DNA of 64,000 nucleotides, taken from positions 930,001 to 994,000 of the forward strand of contig CM035357.1 of the NCBI GenBank assembly GCA_020137815.1, read 5' to 3'. Source of the DNA: Hormiphora californensis. Its lineage: Eukaryota > Animalia > Ctenophora. Shown here one piece after another: positions 13,087-26,486 of this stretch. How positions within the stretch are numbered: position 1 is the first letter of the stretch; each line of letters begins with the position of its first letter. A program made the translations under genes and the position numbers. The notes below the pieces were generated by a model, which was not told the origin of the DNA, did no database searches, and saw only the letters and a list, made by a program, of their open reading frames with translations.

Positions 13087-13545
13087 TTATTCGTACACAT
13101 GTGCATTCGCAGTCATCTTATAATCCATGACCTCGTCATCCCTGAACCACATCTTGATCTCCTCATTTGCACTTTCAACACTATCAGACCCGTGACAGAT
13201 GTTCCTGCCCATATCAATACAATAATCACCCCTGATTGAACCAGGTTTGGAAGTAAGAGGGTTAGTTTCACCCAACATGGCACGTCCTTGTTTCACAGCA
13301 TCTTTACCCTTCCACGCCATGGACACAACAGGTCCACTTGTCATAAAGTTGATTAGACCCGGGAAGAAAGGTTTCTTTTTCAGATCTCCGTAATGTTCCT
13401 CCAACAATTCTCTGCTAGCCATCCTCATTTTCAAGGCAGTCAGCTGGTAGCCCCTCTTTTCAAACCGAGAGATAATATCCCCGACCAGTCCTCTCTGGAC
13501 ACCGTCAGGTTTGACCATGATATAAGTCTGTTCGTTGTTGCTCAT
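13087..13545 (-). CDS. NME1/2: Nucleoside diphosphate kinase (group I NME), intronless coding region
   Basis: [32 protein letters not shown]...[22 protein letters not shown] with the catalytic His. The true start is ATG at 13545, not the extended ORF start. Confidence 0.97.
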   Translation of the reverse strand: MSNNEQTYIMVKPDGVQRGLVGDIISRFEKRGYQLTALKMRMASRELLEEHYGDLKKKPFFPGLINFMTSGPVVSMAWKGKDAVKQGRAMLGETNPLTSKPGSIRGDYCIDMGRNICHGSDSVESANEEIKMWFRDDEVMDYKMTANAHVYE

Positions 13546-13887
13546 CCCTGTTGCTGTTGCTAGAGTGGAGGAAGGAGTTGTGAGGGATAGCAGGGCCAAG
13601 TTGTGTGATGTGGTGGTGGAAAGGGACGCACACCAGTCATCAATAAGCGTGAACACCAAACGTTCTGGTATTCGCATATATATGCAAGCAAAGAGGGGAC
13701 GAGCGAGAGAGAGAGCAAAGGTAAAACGGCAAATAGCAAATATAAATGTGAGGAGTAGTGGGATATTGTGTGTGTGTGGGTTTTCATAAGCAGGAAAAGT
13801 CTATCACTGAACCAATGAGGTTCCTACTACTGGGCCGGCTTTTAGGAGACTTCAAACGGAGAAGTGATGATAACGCTCTCATCTCAA

Positions 13888-14891
13888 TTAGTAAGGTGAT
13901 AAAACAGGAACACCACAAAAAAAATTGTTACAAAGGATTTCCACCTCAAATGTACTCCTAAGGGTCCCCTCTATCGATTCCAACCAATGCTCATATTTGC
14001 TCAGGGGTGCTAAGGCCTCATTTCCGGGTGGGCGTGGTACCTGTATTTTCAGCCTGAGGCCAAAACCATAAGTACCCTTAAAATAGGAGTAGAGATAAAA
14101 TCGAGGGCACTAGAGTGATCAGCGTCCTCGCATTAGTGGGGGTAGGTGCCGGAATTAAGTCTCTATCTCATCTGGTTAATTAGATAATTGGATAATTAGG
14201 TTTGCGCATAACCGTTTTTTGGCTATATGGCTATAGCCACTTAGGAATGGTTTAGAGACTTTTCATTGGTGCCATTTTGTAGACAAAACGAAGTTATGGG
14301 GGGTCGACGTCGGACTTTTAAGCTCTATCTTCAACCGTTTAGCCGTTATTTGGCTTTTAAGATTCTCCAAATGAGCAAAATACGGTAAAAACCCCGATTT
14401 TGAACACCGTTAAAGCCAAATAACGGCTAAACGGTTGAAGATAGAGCTTAAAAGTCCGACGTCGACCCCCCATAACTTCGTTTTGCCTACAAAATGGCAC
14501 CAATGAAAAGTCTCTAAAGCATTCCTAAGTGGCTATAGCCATATAGCCAAAAAACGGTTATGTGCAAACCTAATTATCCAATTATCTAATTAACCAGATG
14601 AGATAGAGACTTAATTCCGGCACCTACCCCCACTAATGCGAGGACGCTGATCACTCTAGTGCCCTCGATTTTATCTCTACTCCTATTTTAAGGGTACTTA
14701 TGGTTTTGGCCTCAGGCTGAAAATACAGGTACCACGCCCACCCGGAAATGAGGCCTTAGCACCCCTGAGCAAATATGAGCATTGGTTGGAATCGATAGAG
14801 GGGACCCATAGGAGTACATTTGAGGTGGAAATCCTTTGTAACAAATTTTTTTGTGGTTGAGGCTAAAATTTTAGTTAAATCACCTTACTAA
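13888..14891. mobile_element. ~1-kb near-perfect palindromic element
   Basis: ~13912-14360 is the reverse complement of ~14411-14857 with few mismatches. Outer pair TTAGTAAGGTGAT/ATCACCTTACTAA; spacer ~50 bp. Confidence 0.9.
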
Positions 14892-15569
14892 ATATTGAAA
14901 TTCTTTCTAGAACCATCACCAGATTTGGTTCCACAGAATTACCAACCAATACTTCAAACGGAAAGGTGTAGACAGGGAGGTTGATTTAATTTATACAAGG
15001 TTGTTGTGGTAAGTGATATTACTCCACTGATAACTTTTGCTCTCGACTCATGGGTGTGTAAACATTTTCTGATACATGATGCCATATTGTTTTGTTCAAA
15101 CCTTTTTATTTTATTTTATAAAAACCGTCGCGGGGCGCGGGGAGGGAGGGTCGAACAAGGCAAATGCCATACATGATGTTCGCAAAAGGCAAGCTTCCCC
15201 TCGTCCGACCCGAAGTTGGAATCATATGGGCTTAGTTTGTCGAACCGGCAAGTTGCTAACATGTTTCAAATCTTCACTACTTCTCAAATGATCCCATACT
15301 TTCAGTCTAATCCCAAAATCCTAGTAAAAATAGAGACAAAAATAACGGCACCAAACTGTGAAATGCCCTTGCATTAGTGCGAGTAGAATAAAATCAATTT
15401 TCTATCTAAAGGCCGAGTTTATAGCAAGAAAGGACTATTTTACAACGAATTCTCTGGTTAGTATGGTAACCAACTCCGTTGTCATGGTAAATCAATCGAA
15501 CTCTATCGAGTTCTATCGCCAGCAACTGGATGAAAATTTATCCATTTCATTATGCACAATTCACAGGCT

Positions 15570-16550
15570 TTGGTTACGAAGTTACCCCTTGCCAGCGTGT
15601 GCACGCGAATTGGGGGCAAATTGTGCAGGGGCCACCCCAAAATTAATCTCTAAGTAATTAATTAATTAATTTTGACTATTCCCACTTTCTGTAGATTATA
15701 TTATATGTTTTATGCATGAAGAACATTCCTAGAAAGTTTCAAGTCGATATTTTAAGCAGAACGGAAAATATAATTTAGTGCATGGGCAAACAAAATGGTG
15801 CAAGGGCACATGTTCAGGGGAAATTTGCACAAATTGTGCAAGGGCAAATTTTAATTAATTTGCCTATAATTAATTACCTAATTGATATATTAATCATACG
15901 GCTCTTCTAGTACTCGTAGTTATGCTACTAGAACATGCATAGAAAGTTTCGTGTCAAAATATTAAACGGTGTGGACACAGTTCGATCATAAAATTGGTGC
16001 AAGGGCTGCCCTTGCACCATTTGCCCTTGCACATTGCCTGCCCTTGCACCAAATTCCATTTTTTGCACGGCTCTAACTAACTAATTAATTAATTTTGACT
16101 ATTCCCACTTTTCGAACATCATCTTTTATGATTGAAGAACATTCCTACAAAGTTTCAAGTTGATATTTTAAGCAGAACGGAAAATAGAATTTGGTGCAAG
16201 GGCGCGGTGCAAGGGACAGAACACGCAATGTGCAAGGGCACGGTGCCCTTGCACCATTTTTAATTACCTATAATTAATTAATTAATTAAAAATTCAAAAA
16301 TCCGCCAACGTCATGACACAAAGGAATACTACAAGAACATGCCTACAAAATTTCAAGTCGATATCTCAAACGGTGTGGCCACAATCGTTGACATGTTTTT
16401 TGCCCCCCCCCCCCCCCAAAAAAAAGACCTTTCTTTGTTCTTAATAGGGCCGGCATTTTTGGGTTTTTGTGCAAGGGCAAAAAATTTTTTTTCTTTTTTT
16501 CGTTTTTTGCTGTTTTCTTCGGGTCGGAGGTGCCTGCCGGCACCTAAATA
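15570..16550. mobile_element. Non-autonomous repeat with many TGCAAGGGC/GCCCTTGCA subrepeats
   Basis: Starts TTGGTTACGAAGTTACCCCTTGCCAGCG, the same as the element at 20237. Internal direct repeats at ~15655-15790 and ~16080-16200. Right end not resolved. Confidence 0.55.
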
Positions 16551-16723
16551 CACGATTACACAATATCAGACGTCGTGTAATTGATTTATCTAATGGCAAA
16601 TTACATTTGATACAAAACGAAGTTTCTTAATTGAGGTTCGTTAATTCATTTTCTTATTAACTGCAGATCCGTCCATTTGGATAACATGTCACATACTTTC
16701 CTTTGGAGGCCGGTGAACCTCCA

Positions 16724-16963
16724 GATCTGATCACATGGATGGGATCTGATCACATGGATGGGATCTGATCACATGGATGGGATCTGATCCCATGGATGGG
16801 ATCTGATCCCATGGATGGGATCTGATCACATGGATGGGATCTGATCACATGGATGGGATCTGATCACATGGATGGGATCTGATCACATGGATGGGATCTG
16901 ATCACATGGATGGGATCTGATCACATGGATGGGATCTGATCACATGGGTGGGATCTGATCCCA
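16724..16963. repeat. 20-bp minisatellite (GATCTGATCACATGGATGGG-like), ~12 copies
   Basis: Direct inspection; contiguous near-identical units without spacers. Confidence 0.95.
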
Positions 16964-18556
16964 TACCACAACTGCCCCTGACACAGAGGTATACAGATCA
17001 AATCACATGACCCGATCGAGGGAGTGAGAGTGCTCAGCTATGGTAGTTACCAAATGCGGATAGGGGGAGATATAGAAAAGGTCAGAGGGAGAGATAGACA
17101 TTGACGAGTAGAGAGAGAGCACAGGGCCGGGACAGGGAATGAAGTTTTCTCTAGATCTGCGTTAAGTACGATCGCCCCAGTTACTAAATAGTACTTCGAA
17201 AGATTGACCAGAGACACCATGGGAGGATGTGTGAGGGAGATCTCAAGCTCAGCAGGCTCATGCTGACACATATCCAAAGTTTTATAACAGGCCTATCGCC
17301 AAGAGGCCTGTTCATTAGTACCGAATTTCACTCTTTTAGTAAGCTCTATGTTTTGGGCACCAAGTACAAACGTCTTAAGAGAAAAAACAACAAAAACCCT
17401 AAACACTTCTTTGAGAAGCTTTTTCTTCCTTCATCAAAACCATTCAGTGAAAGTGGGCAGAGGCCAGAGGGTTGGCACATGACAGTAATACGTCGATAAG
17501 TCTGATGGAAATGGATGAGTTGTAAATCATCTTATTTGAATGGCGGAAACAATTTAACAACACAGCCAGGCGGTGACAATGAGAAAGATTCAATTTAGTT
17601 CACAATGAAAAGCTCTAGGGTGAATCTGCGCTGGGATATTTGAATGCGATAGAGCGGAACCACATACAGGAGAGACTTCAGGAGGGGATTAAATTTTGTT
17701 TAGAAAAAAGGGCGCTCCGAAAAAACTAAAATCAAAAAGAAACCTTAATTCAATGCAAATGACCGCGCGGCGTCTGGCGCGTGAGAATTGCATCGTTTAT
17801 TGAAAATATTACAGCGCGTTCCATTAAAATGACGCCGCGCATACGTGTACTTGAGATGGTTGAGCTGAAAACTGAAAACTTTGGAACTTTCGGGACCAAA
17901 AAAGTCCAAACTTTTCCATTTTTGGCCCCTCAGGCCAAGCGCTGCCTTATCGGCGTTTGCCAACCTTGTGTTTAATAAATCTTCAGACGGGGTGGTGAGT
18001 GTTGCTAAAAGTTACGTTGACAAATTAACAAATTCCTTAAAAACTGCGTGCCGCCCCTGCCCCTGGCCCCGGACATCGTAGGTCGCGAGCCGCCCCTGAC
18101 TGCGTGGCACAACGAATTTGTTTTGTGTATCTGCTGTGTCAACAGTGACACAGTTGAACATGAATTCTGTAGGTACTCGTCATATTCACCCGAAAATTCA
18201 CCGTTCGCCTTGAAATTAAACGTTTTTGTTTGCACATTTTATCGATGCCTGTTTCAAAGGAACTAACTCATAACCCACAATTGCAGGTGATGCAAAGGCA
18301 ATATGACTTCCTGTAAATTCATACAGATGCATATCATAAGGCTGAGAACCTTTTTGTTGCCATGGAAACATTTCACGAGTTTCACACGCACTAATGTCCC
18401 TTCTCTCTCGTCAACATGAGATGAATAAGATTTGCTAGTTGCTACCACTTGGTTGTCCCTCCCATATCCACCTTTTACTTCCCATCTGCCTGGGAATTCA
18501 ATTAGAGAATCTCATCTCAATTCTCAATATTCAAACATATCCCATATTCTAGGATA

Positions 18557-20514
18557 ATGTTACGGATAGTTTTATTCTTGCTGGCAGTTTTTGCAGTTCG
18601 GGGAGAGGTTTACAGTTCATATGATAATGTTAGGAACATTAACAACATTGAAAATCATTTGGTAAGATACAATCAATCGGTAAGATGGTCTAAATTGTGA
18701 CTTCTGTGAGAATATGTCTGTTGATGATTTCGTGTTTATTGGTCTACAAAATCGAATGTGAATAACCTCACTTGTCACGTAAATGCCACTACAAACATCT
18801 TCGAATCATTCACTGATTTCCTTTCTAGGTTACTCTGTTGGGTGACTATATAACCGCCGAGAGGGCACGGTTAGACACCCTGGAAACCTTCATGAAGTAC
18901 GTCCAGGAAAACAAGAATTATACCGATCCAGAAACTTACATTTCTTACCCCTCAAATCAGGTAAAATCTTAATAATTATGTATTAGGTTTATCCTAACGT
19001 TTGTTATTGTATTAATTTTGTTTCTTTGTAGTTCCCAACTATGTATTTGTAACATGACGTATTCCCATTATCCAATGACCAATATCCATATCCAATATCC
19101 ATATAACAATTGACCCCTCCTTCCAGTTCAATGTTATTCACCGGTTTACCGCTGATTGGGCCAACCTAGGAAACTGGATAGGCAACACGGATGCCGAGAT
19201 CGGACAAGCTCTCCGATCATACTCTCCATATTTCCCGGATGAGGCTGATGTTAAAGGTGCCATCAAGGCCATTCATAGACTGATGGATATGTATAAGATT
19301 ACCGCCCGGCATATCACTCAAGGGCTACCTCTAGGTTTGTGTGGCTAATACTGCATTTTATTTGTTAGGTTTGGCATATCACTATAGGTTTGTGATTTGT
19401 CATTAGAAAGGGGGGGTGGATGATTTGTCGTGTTCAATACAGATCATCGTCCATCCCACAAACTGTTGTCCTTATATTCAGGAATATTCTAATTTCATGA
19501 AATCTCTTGCACATTTCTCCATGTTGTCCTTGCAGAGGTACTACAAATTTAATCCGCCATAATAGTAATATTATTCTCCCTCTCTCAACAGAAGGAAGTC
19601 CTCAAAAAGGTCAGCCCCTGAACGTGAAGGCCCTGTTTCTTTTCCTCCGGGAGTCATACAACAACCAATGTAAGTAACCATGGTAACCAATGTAAGTTTC
19701 AACTCTCTTTCTCACTCCCAAGTGTAACGAACTGTCTGACGGTGTATAAATTCCAATTAAAGGCATACAGTCAAACCAAGTGTAACAATCTCACCTCCGA
19801 CAGATTGGGCAAAATGTGCAGGCTGGGGTCAGCAAGCCTTTGACAGGCTAATGACTAAAGAGGAGTATAACCCTGAATCTGATGTTTGGTTTGACGTTGC
19901 TGACCATTACTCTTACTGCCTCTTCAAAATAGGTAATTGACCAACTGTAACCAAATCCGCAATTGCAAAGCTGTTTCGATTTCCTTTTTTGTACATTTCC
20001 GATAGGTTCTTGATAACTCTGAACTTCAATTTCAATGCCCCCCCCCCCCCCCACCTCAGGATATATCGAACAGGCGGCTGAGGTTACTGCCATTATGTTG
20101 GAACACTACCCAGATCACACGAGGTTGTTAGGCAATTTGGAGTACTTTGGGGATCTGCAGAAGGACAAAAAACAAAGTCTGAGATCTGTTAATAGTGAAA
20201 GAGGTACTGTTCTTTGAACTACTTTAGTACTTTAACTTGGTTACGAAGTTACCCCTTGCCAGCGCGCGCGAAGGTCGCCTAAACAGAGTGTGAGTTGTCT
20301 TCGATACCAATGCTTTAACCCGGTAAAGTAACGTTTGTTTGTCGGTTCAAGGGCCGAGAGGTTTTGTGGTTTATACTAATTGGTAATTGGTGCCGTACTA
20401 AAATGTTGTCCATCGTCAAAGGTGTCTTACTTAGCCTGTTTCCATCCTGTTTACATTTTACATGTGTTTGACGTCTTCTTCCTAGCATACTTTCTCTCTC
20501 TCTCTCTCTCTCCC

Positions 20515-20564
<50 letters not shown>

Positions 20565-22072
20565 TCTCTCTATCCCTCACCCTCTTTGTTTATTTATGTC
20601 ATTTCAAAACGGTCCGGTCGGGTCAAAAGATGGTAGAAAGATGTACTACAGTGTAGTAAAAACAGACTGTCCCGACTGAGTAAGAATATTCTAGTAGTGC
20701 TGGGTGGAAAATAAAACATGGGTAGGACGGAAAAGGTGCAACAATCTGCCACGTGGCACATTCTGAGTGTCAAGTTGGTGTGTCTGTGTGTATGTTTGTA
20801 GGGTGTTGGTTCGTGTGGTCGTACACAAGTCTTACAAATGCACATGATATTACTTGTGTTCAACGTAAGAAGTTGGTGATGACATCCCCTTCGCGAGCTT
20901 CGTTGCCGCGCTTCGCGCGGCCCTAGTGGAGGGGTGACCGCGTCACCAACGTAAGAAGATGTTTAGTTCTCCTGATCTCATCAGGTTGACTACTAAAACC
21001 AACCGATTTTTACCAAATTTACCCTCATTTTCAGAAAAGAGAAGTGTGTTGGAACGACCACTGCTGAACGTTAATGAAATTAACGAAAAGGAAAATGTAA
21101 GTTGAACAAGCTCCTTTTTTAATGCGTTATAATATTCTAGAAATCTTCTGTATTTCTTTCTTTCTCTACTCCTAAATTTGAGTCAAGTAACATATCAGTG
21201 TGATGTGTCCCGCATGGACATCCTTTATCTTGCATCTTCTTGTACACATTGTCAGAAGACTCCTATTCTACTAAACTCAGTCTACTCAAACTACTTTCTC
21301 GCGTGCTTGCCTTCCTCGACCCTCTTTCCGTCGTGTGCGCTCCGCGGTAAAGGATGGTTAGAACATAACAAGCTTCCGGTGGCACCGCATTGACAGACTC
21401 AAACCGTATCTAGGAGTTTTCTGGCATGGTACCTTCCTTTTTTTGTAGTTTTCTTCAATTAATAAACCAGGTTTTGGATGATTATGTTAGGTGGCAGGCT
21501 ATAATTACAGCGCACCCTAAGCTTGCTGAGTACAGCAACACTCAATCAACTGAGTTCACCAAGGTACTCACTCACACAATGACACTCAGTGTACTCCTTC
21601 ACACACTTAATCACACTCACTCTCACTGTGTGATTCACACAATCACGCTGAATACTCTCTTACAATTATCACTTGCTGTCTGGCTGTGTGTTTAGTAATA
21701 ATAATATTGATTATAGTCTCCCTTTTTACACTGCTGATATCCTTTCCTACATAGTCTCTTATCAATTATAATATCTCTCCCACAACAAGCCTAGCCTCCT
21801 CCTTCTTCCCCCAACAGGCGAATATAACGTTTATTCCTAAACTGTACCCTGGTGCTGACGCTACCATGTTCTCAGAGGAATATATTGAGGAAGAAATTCA
21901 GGACAAACTTTATAAAAGCTGGGGCGAGAGGTAATGCCAGACAGACAAACAGAGAGGTAATGACAGCCAGACAGACAGACAGACAGACAGACAAAAAATA
22001 GACAGACAGACAGACAGACTGACTGACTGACTGACTGACTGACTGACTGACTGACTGACTGACTGACTGACT

Positions 22073-22108
<36 letters not shown>

Positions 22109-22213
22109 CGCAGACAGACAGACAGACAGACAGGCTGACAGACAGACAGACAGACAGACAGACACACAGACAGATAGACACACAGACAGACAGACAGACA
22201 GACAGACAGACTA

Positions 22214-22308
<95 letters not shown>

Positions 22309-25300
22309 CGCAGACAGACAGACAGACAGACAGGCTGACAGACAGACAGACAGACAGACAGACACACAGACAGATAGACACACAGACGGACAGACGGACA
22401 GACAGACAGATAGACTGACTGACTGACTGACTGACTGACTGACTGACTGACTGACTGACTGACTGACTGACTGACTGACTGACTGACTGACTGACTGACT
22501 GACTGACTGACTGACTGACTGACTGACTGACTGACTGACTGACTGACTGACTGACTGACTGACTGACTGACTGACTGACTGACTGAGTCTGATGGACGTA
22601 CTGACTGACGTCCAGACAGGATCATACGACATATCGACAGACTGACAGACTGACAGACAGACCCGAAACTCATACCCCATTTCAGGATAGCAAAATCGCA
22701 GTCTCTGCAAGGAGACCACTCGGAGCAACAGTCCTGAGATGCTGCTATTACCTAACTTACAAAGATCACTCGGCTCTTAAGCAACCAATCAAGTATAGCT
22801 CATGTAAATCTATCAGTAAACTTCTAGTGCTGGTAGTAAACAAGTAACCTTCCGTAGAACCCCTAAAACAGTCTAGATCCTCCAGCTCTAGCTCTCACAT
22901 TGTACAATCTTACTTCATACAGTTCGGCTTACCCTAACAGTTTCCTCATCATGAAGTAACCACTTACTTAGTGTTAGAACACTTACCACTAGTTTACTTC
23001 AGTATCACTCACTGATTACAGGTACCCTCAGTAACTACTAAACCCTTTACGTAGGCCACTAACAAAGAGACCAGGTTCAAACTCCAATGTTTGCTAGAGT
23101 TGCTATCATTGATTAAATACAGGTTAGTGAGACAGTTAGCCTTACCCTATTCTAGGTTAAGGTTGGCCCTCTCCCAAAGATATTACACATATGATATTTG
23201 ATTATTGACGATACCTCAAACTGATCAAATCTCTGTAAATGCAACGTAACACACTAGGAACAGATCATTAACACAACTATTTATCAGGAACATTTAGTTA
23301 CCAAATCACCCGATAACACTGCTAGATGGAAATTACTAATTTTCATCAATGGAAACTCTCATTTTCGATTAGTCGCTAATCACACTGCACTAATCACACT
23401 GCTAATCACACACAGGAAAGTTGGAGAATGCTGAGTACAGGGTGTCCAAGACGGCCTGGTTGGACCTCAACATCAAGGAAGATAGAGAGTTCATAGTGAG
23501 GAAGGTTAATAGAAGGATGGAGGATGCCACGGAGCTGAGTCATGAATACGCTGAATTACAACAGGTATAAAGAATATAAAGGGGAGAGGGATATAATACC
23601 CGGTGGGGATACAAACTAGTGGCTGAAAAACAGAAACATATAATTGTGTTGCGGAGAGTGCTCAATCCTATGCGGACATAGAAAATCGAATGATTTTCAA
23701 TCGCTGGATCAGCTGTGTGCGGCCCGTTTTTCTTGTAGACCTTGTGGCTTGTATTATTTTCTTGATCCCCTTCCTTCACTAACCCCCTTCCCCCCTTTCC
23801 CGCAGGTAAATAACTACGGTATGGGTGGGCACTACGAGCCCCATTATGACATGAAAACAAACTTCGACCTGGAAGTTCAGGGTCGCGCTGGTATCCTAAC
23901 TGAAGAGGGTAATCGAGTAGCGACCCTCCTTCTCTACATGTCGGAACCCCACGGTGGTGGAGCGACCATCTTTGTGGACGCTGGGGCTCGTGTTACCCCT
24001 TTAAAGGTTAGTCCCCTCCCCCGGCCCCCTTCCACAACCTCCCCCCTCGTTACAGGTCAATAACTACGGGATGGCGGGGCAGTATGAACCCCATTACGAC
24101 ATGGCGACCAAGGATGAGGCAGCGTTTGAGAATCATGCAGGAGGGAACAGAGTTGCTACTCTCTTGTTTTATATGGGCAAGACGGATGCGGGAGGTGCGA
24201 CGGTGTTTGTGGATGCTGGGGCAAGGATTGCACCCTCAACTGTGAGTAAAGAGTGACAATTACCCTCGAGCCTTAATCCCACCGGGTGGGTCTCTTACTT
24301 TCTGGCTGGGATATATAATGGAGATCACTTCTTTGAGGAAAAATGGGAATACAAATATGGGATGGATCCGCCCGCGTGAATTGTAGTAAATCATTGAACT
24401 GGAAAAATATATTCTCTACACTTTTTTCATGAACTGTGCAACCCTAAAAACTGTTTTAAAAACAATTTATCTTTTTCGATTCCCTTTTTGTGTGAGTGAT
24501 GTTTTTGTGTTGAAAATGTGTGTGATTCAAACTTTTCAACGCTACTTTTAACCAACTATATTTTGAGCTGCCATCCAGCCGGTAGGAATTAGATATCTTG
24601 GCATGGTGCAAGAACTTTGGAATAAATCTCTGTCAGAGAGTCTCTGTCAGAAACTTTGGAAATTGCTTCCTTGAATAAACATACCAAGTTTTAATATTCA
24701 CACATACAGAAAAGAAGATCAGGATTATTATATCATTCGAAAAGATTATTTTCTTCAATGGCTACGTCATAGCAACTACGTTTTTTCGCTAAATTTCTAT
24801 TTTCCAAGGCGATTTTGAACGAGTTTTGTGTCCTAAATTTTATAAATAACAGCATTTTACTTCTTTCCATTGTTACAATCACCCATTCTAACTCAACCCT
24901 TGCCACTCAGAACGCTGCAGTGTTCTGGTACAACCTCCTACCAAACGGGGACCCTGATCTAATCACACGACACGCTGGATGTCCCGTTCTTGTTGGTAAG
25001 TGGATTAATTAGTGGGTTAATTAACACTAATTATTGTTTGTACACTTGGTCTAGAAGGATCAATTCGTATCTAAGTTGCAAGGAGTCTCGCATGGGAGAA
25101 GGAGTGGTAACTAGCTACCAGCTTGTAACCTCTCCCTCAATCTCTCTCCCATTCTCCCTTTCTCTCAATCTCACTCTCAAGCTCCCTCATCTCTCCTCCT
25201 AACCCACTCCACTCCAGGAACTAAGTGGGTAATGAACAAGTGGTTCCACGTAAATGATCAGATGTTTACCCGGCAGTGCGACTTGGAGCAATGGACACGG

Positions 25301-25342
25301 GATAAACCTGCCAAACTATACAATGGAAAATATACCACATAA
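18557..25342 (+). CDS. P4HA: Prolyl 4-hydroxylase alpha subunit, multi-exon
   Basis: Signal peptide MLRIVLFLLAVFAVRGEVYSS. N-terminal motifs YISYPSNQFNVIHRFTADW and FPDEADVKGAIKAIHRLMDMY. Catalytic domain EYRVSKTAWL, QVNNYGMGGHYEPHYD, GNRVATLL.YM, GGAT.F, AVFWYNLLPNGDPDLITRHAGCPVLVGTKWVMNKWFH. Exons in 22690-23400 appear error-laden. Confidence 0.92.
20237..20310. mobile_element. 74-bp mini element with 9-bp TSD (P4HA intron)
   Basis: Ends TTGGTTACGAAG and CTTCGATACCAA; flanks TACTTTAAC and TGCTTTAAC (8/9 identical). Confidence 0.55.
20873..20949. mobile_element. 77-bp mini element with 9-bp TSD (P4HA intron)
   Basis: CGTAAGAAG on both flanks; ends TTGGTGA and TCACCAA; internal hairpin GCCGCGC-TTC-GCGCGGC. 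Confidence 0.65.
21938..22590. repeat. Compound (GACA)n/(GACT)n microsatellite in a P4HA intron
   Basis: Direct inspection. Confidence 0.97.
23806..24006 (+). CDS. P4HA: P4HA catalytic exon, variant A
   Basis: 201 nt, phase 0/0, CAG| ... |GTTAGT; VNNYGMGGHYEPHYD...GNRVATLLLYMSEPHGGGATIFVDAGARVTPLK. Confidence 0.88.
24056..24241 (+). CDS. P4HA: P4HA catalytic exon, variant B
   Basis: 186 nt, phase 0/0, CAG| ... |GTGAGT; VNNYGMAGQYEPHYD...GNRVATLLFYMGKTDAGGATVFVDAGARIAPST. Confidence 0.88.
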
Positions 25343-26486
25343 AACTATTTTGATTTGAGAAAGATGTTGACATGTTAGACAGTGTTAATATATTGAGATA
25401 GATTTCTAACATTATCATACCAGGTAATTTTCTATGGATTCATAATGTAGGGTTTATATTTTTCATATAGATTTAAAATATTTTTCTTTTCTACCGATTT
25501 AAACATTTTATAACTGGTGTAAATAATATCTGAACAAATGTTACCGGGGGAGTTTTTCTAATAACAACGATTGGGTAAAATCGAAAGAGAGAGAGAGAGA
25601 GTCATATTTATTAGCCGCACTTTTTTTAGTTTATTCTGCATGACATTCATTTTTTGTATAGGGGTGCTATTTATTAAGTTTCTGTTTTATATATTTCACA
25701 GATTACATATGCATCTCTGTTGAAGCAAACGTGTATTTTCACAACACCCAAAAGTTGTGTCATCTTGATTTGTCGTAAAGTTCAACTTGTCCTACTATCT
25801 ACAGTATCCCAAGCAGGAGTCTAAACTTTTTGTAAAATATTTTCTCTTGCTTGGACTGAGATGAGAGCTGTTAGGCCAAGTTAGAAAACAAAGAAATACG
25901 CCCTATTTTAGTGGATAACGAACTATAACCGGAAACTAGCTATCCTGTTCGGGAAACAACCAAAACACGTTGTAGAATTCCAGAATATTCACTTGCAGAA
26001 ATGTGGAGAATATTCGAGAAGCTACTGACCACTGCAGATGCAGTCCCACCTTGTAACTCTATTTGCCCCAATTATTACTTGGATCCATCCACGTGTGCAT
26101 TTTGCAACTTTACGGAACGCGCCAAACCGCATGTTTCAGTTTTAGAACTTCTCGCGCAGCACTCACACAAAACAAAGAGTGAGCGGCTGCGCGTCGTTTG
26201 AGTGTCACAACTGCTGACCACGGTTGGTTCTTTGTAATACGGCGTGTTCCGCGCGCAACAGACACGGGCTTTTGTTGGCGGGAATTTGACACAAAAACAG
26301 TGTTGAACAAACGAATTGCTCGGCCCGACAATCTCGGTTTTTTTGTTCAGTTTTAGAAATCAACAAGTCACATTTTATCGGGGTTAGAATTGAAAATATG
26401 CACATGAAACATTAAGTGTACGACATACGTATCAACTTATAATAAACAATTAAAACTGTCCCAAATCAAGGCTCTCTGTTAGTCTC

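Noticed and set aside
13546-13677. N-terminal extension of NDK in the ORF track
   Set aside because: Non-ATG start; the region reads as a polypyrimidine tract and acceptor. The conserved protein begins at 13545.
16724-16963. CRISPR-like regular repeat
   Set aside because: The units are contiguous with no unique spacers, and the context is eukaryotic with no cas genes. It is a minisatellite.
20900-20930. Helitron 3' end (GC hairpin followed by CTAG)
   Set aside because: It lies inside a 77-bp element better explained by TIRs plus an exact 9-bp TSD; no Helitron 5' end or helicase was seen.
21861-22728. Long minus-strand ORFs (270-272 aa, SVSQ/SVCL)
   Set aside because: Translation of the GACA/GACT microsatellite.
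22690-23400. P4HA pseudogenisation (broken exons)
   Set aside because: The damage is confined to one noisy stretch next to a long microsatellite while the other exons are intact; more likely consensus error.
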